62,227 nucleotides of DNA, from the NCBI GenBank assembly GCA_041619515.1, contig JBFKDW010000007.1:1-62227 (forward strand), written 5' to 3'. The notes beneath the pieces were generated by a model that searched no databases, was not told the origin of the DNA, and was given only the letters and a program-made list of their open reading frames with translations. Shown piece after piece: positions 56,236-62,227 of this stretch (positions are counted from its first letter, which is position 1; each line of letters starts with the position of its first letter). This DNA is from Acidimicrobiia bacterium (GTDB taxonomy: Bacteria; Actinomycetota; Acidimicrobiia; Spongiisociales; SHLN01). The position numbers and the translations under genes are program-made.

Positions 56236-57288
56236 ATGACCGCTCCATTGCCCGCGACTGAATCGAAACGGTTGGCCACGCTCGCCGAGTACAACATTCT
56301 CGATACCGTCCCGGAGGCGGCCTACGACGACATCACCCAGCTGGTCTCGGACATCTGTGAGGTCCCGATTGCCGCGGTCAGCCTGATCGCCGACAACCGC
56401 CAGTGGTTCAAGTCTGCGGTCGGACTGAAAGTGACCGAAACCCCGCGCGACGTTGCCTTCTGCGCCCATGCCATCCTTGGGCCTGAGATGTTCGTGGTGC
56501 CGGATGCCCGCGATGACGACCGATTCGCCGACAACCCTCTCGTCACCGGCGACCTCGAGATCCGCTTCTACGCCGGCGCCCCGCTCGTGACCCCGACCGG
56601 TGAGGTCCTGGGCACGCTGTGCGTCATCGATCATGTCGAACGTGAGCTCACGGACAAACAGACCAGGGCGCTGCGGGTTCTGGCTCGCCAGGTGATGGCA
56701 CAGCTCGAGCTGAGGCGGCTCATCGAGGAGCAAGCTCAAAACCGTAGGCGTCTCGAGGAGGCCAACCGCCTTCTCCGCGCCGCCAGCGTCACCGACGACG
56801 TCTCGGGCTTCGGAAACACCCGGTTCATGCACCAGTATCTCGACCAGCGGCTGGGAGTTGACGGCGCCCCGGACCAGGAGCTGTCGCTGGTGTTCTTCGA
56901 TATGGACGGCTTCAAAGAGGTCGTCGACACGCACGGTCACCTGCTCGGCGCCAAAGTTCTGCGGGAGGTTGCCGAGGTGGTGAACGTCGAGCTCGCCGAC
57001 GACGATCACCTGGTGCGCTACGGCGGAGATGAATACGTGGTCATCCTTCCCGACCAGGGTGCCGACGAGTCGCTCGCCAAGACCGAGCGGATCAAGGAGG
57101 CCATTCGGTCCACACCGTTCCTCCAGGAGGACGGCCTCGAGGTATGGGTGTCAGCTTCTTTTGGTGTTGCCACCTATCCCGAGGACGCGCAGGACAAGCG
57201 CGAGTTGCTGATGGTTGCCGACAAGGGCCTGTTCTCGAGCAAGGCAGCCGGCAAGGACCGCGTCTCTCGCGTCATCCGGGCCGGCTAG
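56236..57288 (+). CDS. GAF-GGDEF diguanylate cyclase
   Basis: GAF domain (FCAHAI, D.RFADNPLV, FYAGAPL, GTLCVID); DMDGFK..D..GH..G and RYGGDEY motifs. Confidence 0.92.
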   Translation: MTAPLPATESKRLATLAEYNILDTVPEAAYDDITQLVSDICEVPIAAVSLIADNRQWFKSAVGLKVTETPRDVAFCAHAILGPEMFVVPDARDDDRFADNPLVTGDLEIRFYAGAPLVTPTGEVLGTLCVIDHVERELTDKQTRALRVLARQVMAQLELRRLIEEQAQNRRRLEEANRLLRAASVTDDVSGFGNTRFMHQYLDQRLGVDGAPDQELSLVFFDMDGFKEVVDTHGHLLGAKVLREVAEVVNVELADDDHLVRYGGDEYVVILPDQGADESLAKTERIKEAIRSTPFLQEDGLEVWVSASFGVATYPEDAQDKRELLMVADKGLFSSKAAGKDRVSRVIRAG

Positions 57289-57315
57289 CAGCTTCTCCTG
57301 TCCCGGGCGGCGGCG

Positions 57316-58488
57316 CTACAGCTTGCTCAGAGCCTTGCGAATGCCCTTCACCGCCTGGGACGTGCGGTGCTCGTTCTCGACGAGAGCGAACCGGACGAAG
57401 CCCTCGCCGGAGGGCCCGAAGCCGATGCCCGGGCTCACCGCCACCTTCGCCTCCCGCAGCAGGTGCTTGGCAAACTCGAGAGAGCCCATGTCGGCGTACG
57501 GACCAGGGATCTCGGCCCACACGAACATCGTGGCGGCCGGTTTCTCGACCTTCCAACCCGCCCGGTTGAGTCCGTCGACCAACACATCCCGGCGCTTCTT
57601 GTAGATCGCCGAGACTTTCGCCGGATACTCGTCCTCTTCGTTGAGGGCGATGATTGAGGCAATCTGAATGGGTTGAAATGTGCCGTAGTCCAGGTACGAC
57701 TTCAGCTTGGCGAGTGCCGCCACCGCCTCCGCATTGCCGAGCACGAACCCCACTCGCCAACCGGCCATGGAATGGCCCTTGGTGAGGGTGTAGAGCTCGA
57801 CCCCAACCTCCTTGGCACCGGGAACCTCCAGAAGGGAGGGCGGCACGTATCCGTCGTAATGGACGTCGGCATAGGCGAAGTCGTTGACGAGGAACACACC
57901 GTTTTCCTGGGCGAACGCCACCAGCCGGTCGAAGAACTCCAGGCCGACGACGGCAGTCGTCGGGTTGTGGGGGAACGACGTGAGGATGACACGGGGACGC
58001 GGCCAGGTTTGGGCGAATTCCTCGCGCAGCCGCTCGAAGAAGTCGGCGTCGAGGCTGAGGTGGACGGTGCGGACCTCAGCGCCGGCCAGCGCCGGTGCAT
58101 AGATGTGAATCGGGTAGGACGGCTCGGGCACGAGAGCAACGTCGCCCGGCTGAACGAGGGTCCACATGAGGTGGGCAAGCCCCTCCTTGGCTCCGATGGT
58201 GGTGATGGCCTCCGTGTCGGGATCGAGTGATACCCCGAACCGGCGCTGATAGCGATCGGTGATCGCCTTGCGGAGATTGGGGATACCCCGGGAAGCCGAG
58301 TACCGATGGTTCTTTCCCTGGCGGGCGGCCTCCACCAGCTTTTCGACTACTGAAGGAGGCGACGGGATGTCGGGGTTGCCGAACCCGAGATCGACGATGT
58401 CCTCGCCGGCGCGACGCGCCTCGAGCTTCAGTTGATTGACCTCCGCAAACACGTACGGGGGGAGGTTGGAGATGCGGCGAAATTCCAT
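57316..58488 (-). CDS. alaC: Class I/II PLP aminotransferase (AlaC/YfdZ-like)
   Basis: [44 protein letters not shown] and KSYLDYG motifs. Confidence 0.8.
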   Translation of the reverse strand: MEFRRISNLPPYVFAEVNQLKLEARRAGEDIVDLGFGNPDIPSPPSVVEKLVEAARQGKNHRYSASRGIPNLRKAITDRYQRRFGVSLDPDTEAITTIGAKEGLAHLMWTLVQPGDVALVPEPSYPIHIYAPALAGAEVRTVHLSLDADFFERLREEFAQTWPRPRVILTSFPHNPTTAVVGLEFFDRLVAFAQENGVFLVNDFAYADVHYDGYVPPSLLEVPGAKEVGVELYTLTKGHSMAGWRVGFVLGNAEAVAALAKLKSYLDYGTFQPIQIASIIALNEEDEYPAKVSAIYKKRRDVLVDGLNRAGWKVEKPAATMFVWAEIPGPYADMGSLEFAKHLLREAKVAVSPGIGFGPSGEGFVRFALVENEHRTSQAVKGIRKALSKL

Positions 58489-58531
58489 CCCGCCAAGGTA
58501 GCCGAGCACAGACGGAATGTGACGCTCAATC

Positions 58532-58561
58532 AACGGCGGGGGGATTCCGGCCCCCGCCGTT
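58532..58561 (-). terminator. Candidate terminator hairpin after the DUF1232 gene
   Basis: 11-bp stem AACGGCGGGGG / CCCCCGCCGTT with an 8-nt loop; weak U-tract. Confidence 0.45.
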
Positions 58562-58567
58562 CCCGGG

Positions 58568-58960
58568 TCAGAAACCGCGCAGGTAACGCCTGACTGCGCG
58601 CCGCACGGGCCACGGGACCAGCGAAGCGCCCCAGCCGATGACCCCCGAGACGATGTCGAGAACATCTCCGGTGCCGTCCCAATGTTCGTGGACGATCGCC
58701 TCTCCCGCTGCTTCGAACATCGAGTTGAGTGCCAGGGCCAACAACACGAGATCATCGGCCTGGCCGACGAACGGAATGAAATCCGGTATCACGTCGACCG
58801 GGGAGACCACGTAGGCGAGTGCCGCCCCGAGGAACAGCTTGTGTTTCGCAGGCACCCGGGGGTCGCGCACCAGCCGGTAGCCGAGTTTGATGAGGTTCGG
58901 CAGCGCGCCGATGGCCTTCTGGACCGCAGGGTTGGAGCGGGGGGCTGAGAGCTCGGTCAT
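58568..58960 (-). CDS. DUF1232/YkvA membrane protein
   Basis: RDPRVP...[23 protein letters not shown] motif. Confidence 0.92.
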   Translation of the reverse strand: MTELSAPRSNPAVQKAIGALPNLIKLGYRLVRDPRVPAKHKLFLGAALAYVVSPVDVIPDFIPFVGQADDLVLLALALNSMFEAAGEAIVHEHWDGTGDVLDIVSGVIGWGASLVPWPVRRAVRRYLRGF

Positions 58961-58987
58961 GGGCCGTCAGAATAGTTAGCGTAGCCG

Positions 58988-59200
58988 CTACCGGGCCTCG
59001 ATGGCATCCCGGGCCCGGCGTTCGTCGCCCGCCAGCACCATCAGCCGCACCCCACGAGTGAAATTGAGCTCCGGATGGATGCCTCCAGCATTGTCCGTCT
59101 TGAGGTACGCCTTGATGTCGAGCGCTCGCAGCCGGGCGCAGGCCACCTCTCCCTCAATGATGTTGAAGAAGCGGGCAATCTCAACGATCTCCTCCGACAC
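58988..59200 (-). CDS. DUF2007-like small protein
   Basis: E.EVACARL.A..I......GVRLMV...D..RA...I pattern. Confidence 0.75.
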   Translation of the reverse strand: MSEEIVEIARFFNIIEGEVACARLRALDIKAYLKTDNAGGIHPELNFTRGVRLMVLAGDERRARDAIEAR

Positions 59201-59212
59201 GACTTACTCGAC

Positions 59213-59389
59213 TTACTCGACGTCGATGTGGATGACGGGGTCGGCCGAGTCGGGGTCCCGCGGGCCGCGCAACTCCTCCAGGGCAGCACTGATCGCTGCC
59301 AGCACCTCGGTGACCGCCTTGACCAGGTGATAGCCGGCTCGCTGGGCGGCCCGCTTGATTCGCTCTTCTTCTTCTTCCTCAGGGCTCAT
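59213..59389 (-). CDS. Small hypothetical protein (58 aa, absent from the ORF track), DUF5304-like position
   Basis: ATG overlaps the ArsA stop (TGATG); reads MSPEEE...RAGYHLVKAVTEVLAAISAALEEL...VIHIDVE*. Confidence 0.7.
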   Translation of the reverse strand: MSPEEEEEERIKRAAQRAGYHLVKAVTEVLAAISAALEELRGPRDPDSADPVIHIDVE

Positions 59390-60555
59390 CAGGGATCTCC
59401 AAACGTGACTCGCAGGACACCGTCTTCCAACTGCGCCCTCCGCACTTCGCGGCGCCGCAGTGAATCGGGCAGTATGAACGCCCGGCGGTACGAGCCGACG
59501 GTGACGATCAGCTCCTCGGCGATCCGGGCGACGTCGACATCACCTTTCTCGACGAACGGCACCGACAACGCGATCACCACGTCATCACCGTCGTCGATGA
59601 CCTGGAAGGGCTCCCCCTCGGATAGCCGGGAGGCGGGATCGACGTGGCCGTAGAGCTCCTCACCCAGCAGGCGCAGCTTGTCGACCCCCACCATCTCGAC
59701 GTCGAAGAGCCGCAGTCGCCGAATGTCGACATCGGCGAATCCCTCCTCGATTTCGACCAAATAATCGGCCTGAATCTCGTGCCAGCGCTTGAAGTAGGGG
59801 TCGGTGATGGCGTCGGGAAGCACCCGGTTGACCACCACGCCGTCGACGGCGTACCCGAAGAGACCGAGGTACGTGTAGGTGCGGCGGGCCTCGCTGATCA
59901 CCATCTTCTCGGGGTTGAGCACCAGCCGGGCGCTCGTCACGAACGGGTTGGTCAGGATGTCACGAACGCCCTGAATCCGCCCGTAGAACCCCTCGGCGGC
60001 GTCGAACACCTCTTCGCCGGCAATGGGAATCGAAACCACCCGGTTCAGCATCGGCCGCAGCGCCTTCACGACCTTGCGCTCCATCGGAAAGATCTTGTCC
60101 ATGTACCAGCCGAGGATCTCAGGCAGCGACAGGAGGCGGAGGGTTTCGGCAGTCGGAGCGCAATCCACCACCAACAGGTCGTAGGCGCCGGACACAGCGT
60201 GATCCTTGACGTCGGCGAGCGCGAACAGCTCGTCCATGCCGGGGAACACCGATAGCTCTTCTGCTTCGATTCCCCGCAGCCCGCTCCAATCGAACAGATC
60301 GGTCAGATAATCGCGGACCTCGCCCCAGTACTGCTCGAGCCGATGCTGGGAGTCAATCTGCTGGGCGACGAGGTGGTCGGTAATGGGAGCGGGCTCGTCG
60401 CCCAGTTTGGTGTCGAAGGCGTCGGCAAGGCTGTGCGCCGGATCGGTCGACATCACCAGCGTGCGATACCCGAGGTCCGCCGCCTTGAGGGCGGTGGCGG
60501 CGGCAACTGTGGTTTTGCCGACACCCCCCTTGCCGGTGATGAGGAGAACGCGCAT
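59389..60555 (-). CDS. ArsA/Get3-family ATPase with a C-terminal HSP20-like domain
   Basis: TGKGGVGKT, STDPAHSL, PGMDE, DCAPT and NPEKMV motifs; C-terminal YRR...LP..L....AQLEDGVLRVTF. Confidence 0.92.
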   Translation of the reverse strand: MRVLLITGKGGVGKTTVAAATALKAADLGYRTLVMSTDPAHSLADAFDTKLGDEPAPITDHLVAQQIDSQHRLEQYWGEVRDYLTDLFDWSGLRGIEAEELSVFPGMDELFALADVKDHAVSGAYDLLVVDCAPTAETLRLLSLPEILGWYMDKIFPMERKVVKALRPMLNRVVSIPIAGEEVFDAAEGFYGRIQGVRDILTNPFVTSARLVLNPEKMVISEARRTYTYLGLFGYAVDGVVVNRVLPDAITDPYFKRWHEIQADYLVEIEEGFADVDIRRLRLFDVEMVGVDKLRLLGEELYGHVDPASRLSEGEPFQVIDDGDDVVIALSVPFVEKGDVDVARIAEELIVTVGSYRRAFILPDSLRRREVRRAQLEDGVLRVTFGDP

Positions 60556-61007
60556 CAGCCGGCGGCCGAGGCCAGCTCCTGTGCCCGATCGCGCAGGCCG
60601 CGCAGGGCCGTGCCGACGATTTGCTTCTCGGCCTGGCGACGCAGCAGCCCCGGCACCTTGAAATTCGGTTCGACTTTGAGGGCGTAGACGACCTCTGTGT
60701 CGCCGTTCTCCAGCTCGTAGAACTCGTACCGACCCTCCATGGCGGCGATGTCATCTCCCGGCTCGGCGGTCCACTCGATCCGGGCGATACCGTCGTAGGT
60801 GTAGTTGAGCACGTACGTGATGGTGCGAACCATCCCGTCGACGACGAGCCGAGCCCGGGCGGGGGTTCCATCCTCGTTCTCGGCCAGCACCTCCGTCTCA
60901 CGCACACCGGTAGCCCAATCGGGGAAATCCTCGACGTGGGCGGCGACGTTGAACACGACCTCGGCGGGTGCCGACACCTGGATCGTCTGTACGGTGCCCT
61001 CGGCCAT
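60555..61007 (-). CDS. SRPBCC/START-family (polyketide cyclase/Coq10-like) protein
   Basis: I.APAE.VF.V....FPDW, Y.L.Y, MEGRY and TEVVY.L pattern. Confidence 0.88.
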   Translation of the reverse strand: MAEGTVQTIQVSAPAEVVFNVAAHVEDFPDWATGVRETEVLAENEDGTPARARLVVDGMVRTITYVLNYTYDGIARIEWTAEPGDDIAAMEGRYEFYELENGDTEVVYALKVEPNFKVPGLLRRQAEKQIVGTALRGLRDRAQELASAAG

Positions 61008-61039
61008 TGCGCTCCTTACCTTCGGGGTCCAAAGCGTAG

Positions 61040-61816
61040 TCAGACGGCCGATTCAGGCGGAGGGTGATGGAGACCGCGCCCGGTGGCGCGGAAGTAGCCG
61101 ACGTTGCGACAGAGCGTATTTCCCACCCGCCAGTGGGTGGCCTGTGGCTGATGGATGTCGCCGAAATAGTGAAAGCGGGGCTGGTGCTGTTCGAGGTAGC
61201 GCAGCACGGCCGCCGACCCTTTCGACATGCCGCCGACCACGTCCCGTTGCAGGGCGGGCACGGCGGGGGCCACGTGGGTGCACAGCACGTCGACCGGCCC
61301 CAGCTCCTCCAGCCGCTCCTCCATCTCGGATTCGTCGAGCTCACCGGGGACATTGAGGGGGGTCTTGACCCCACCGCCCATGATGCCGACTACCCAACCC
61401 TCGACATCGAAGCGGCCGTAGTCGACGAACTGGTTGTCGTCGGGAAGGTGCCTGGTGAGTATTTCGACGCGATCTACGTTCCCGTATGTCACGTACGCAC
61501 CGGCTCCGGCGAGCGCAGCGCCGATCTCGGTGTAGGCGGCCTCGACCAGCTCGACGGCACGCGCCCGCAGCTCGTCCTCGCCACCCGAATGTGACTCCCG
61601 CCACAGGCGGCGCGCCTCGTCGAACCGTCCCTCCATGCGCAGCCCAACCATCTGGCGGGCGAACTCGTGGCCGGCCAGGTCGGCCAGGATGCCCTCATAG
61701 GTCCGGTAATCGGTGAAGTTGATGAGGTCGCCGAGTACCAGCAGGGGCTGGTCGAGGGTAGCGACGAGGCGGCGCAGCTTGTCGGCTGCACCGTGCACGT
61801 CGGCGATGAGGATCAT
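61040..61816 (-). CDS. Calcineurin-like metallophosphoesterase
   Basis: DVHG, LGDL, GNVD, TH..P and FGDIH motifs. Confidence 0.88.
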   Translation of the reverse strand: MILIADVHGAADKLRRLVATLDQPLLVLGDLINFTDYRTYEGILADLAGHEFARQMVGLRMEGRFDEARRLWRESHSGGEDELRARAVELVEAAYTEIGAALAGAGAYVTYGNVDRVEILTRHLPDDNQFVDYGRFDVEGWVVGIMGGGVKTPLNVPGELDESEMEERLEELGPVDVLCTHVAPAVPALQRDVVGGMSKGSAAVLRYLEQHQPRFHYFGDIHQPQATHWRVGNTLCRNVGYFRATGRGLHHPPPESAV

Positions 61817-62088
61817 GCCGCGATTCTCGCCACCGCCACCGCCGCTGCGGCGCCCACGAGCGCGGCGGCGGTGGCTGCCGGGGTCGGCCAGCCGGCGTAG
61901 GCGGCGGACAGCCCGGCCATGCCGAATCCGAAGACGGCGGCCACCACCCCGCGTCCGCCCCGGCCGAGCCGCTTGTCGGGATCGACGCCCTCCCAGCCAC
62001 GCACAGATCCGGCAACTGCGACTGCGGCAATCCAGGCCACGAGTGCCAGCGACCCGAGCGCAAGCGCAACACCGAAGACAGCTCTCAT
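61813..62088 (-). CDS. Small three-TM hypothetical protein
   Basis: Hydrophobic helices, FGFGMAGLSAAYAGW; ATGA overlap with the downstream gene. Confidence 0.65.
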   Translation of the reverse strand: MRAVFGVALALGSLALVAWIAAVAVAGSVRGWEGVDPDKRLGRGGRGVVAAVFGFGMAGLSAAYAGWPTPAATAAALVGAAAAVAVARIAA

Positions 62089-62106
62089 CGCACGACGTCC
62101 ATGCGC

Positions 62107-62227
62107 TCAGGGTACCGGGGGTTTCCGGCCCGCCCCCAGCATGCCGAGTGCCTGCTCGATCTCGCCGAGCACCTCAGCGTCGAGCTCGCCCGCCTGCGCG
62201 TCTCGCAAGGCTTCGGAAGCCGCTTCA
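62107..62227 (-). CDS. C-terminal fragment of an upstream gene (possibly a polyprenyl synthetase)
   Basis: Open frame EAASEALRDAQAGELDAEVLGEIEQALGMLG...* running from the window edge; the product is a guess from the helical pattern. Confidence 0.35.
   Translation of the reverse strand, partial: EAASEALRDAQAGELDAEVLGEIEQALGMLGAGRKPPVP

Overview
High-GC actinobacterial chromosomal window, most consistent with class Acidimicrobiia (inferred from gene content and synteny). It is mostly core genome. It contains a thyX-like gene end, a tandem ArsA/Get3-family ATPase pair, a DUF4349 lipoprotein, dnaE, two tandem phosphofructokinases, rluA-lspA-dksA, and ileS with a translational T-box. These are followed by a complete dcw cluster (mraZ to divIVA) and an accessory block (GNAT, CAP+SdrD-B secreted protein, tam, SDR, USP, HNH, a degenerate serine-recombinase-fold protein). 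The right part holds moxR-DUF58-transglutaminase, a Rv1830-like MerR, DUF3040, dinB, a FAS-II operon, glgP, a GAF-GGDEF cyclase, an alaC-like aminotransferase and a metallophosphoesterase-SRPBCC-ArsA module. I saw no rRNA, tRNA, CRISPR array, intact IS element or prophage. The most notable signals are a palindrome/direct-repeat mosaic at 2817-3016, a probably catalytically dead serine-recombinase-fold protein, three ArsA/Get3 ATPases in two modules, an 18-bp hairpin over the rsmH start, MraZ and FtsR-like boxes, a probable CTG start codon and frequent leaderless promoters. All calls come from motif reading by eye; no database searches were run.
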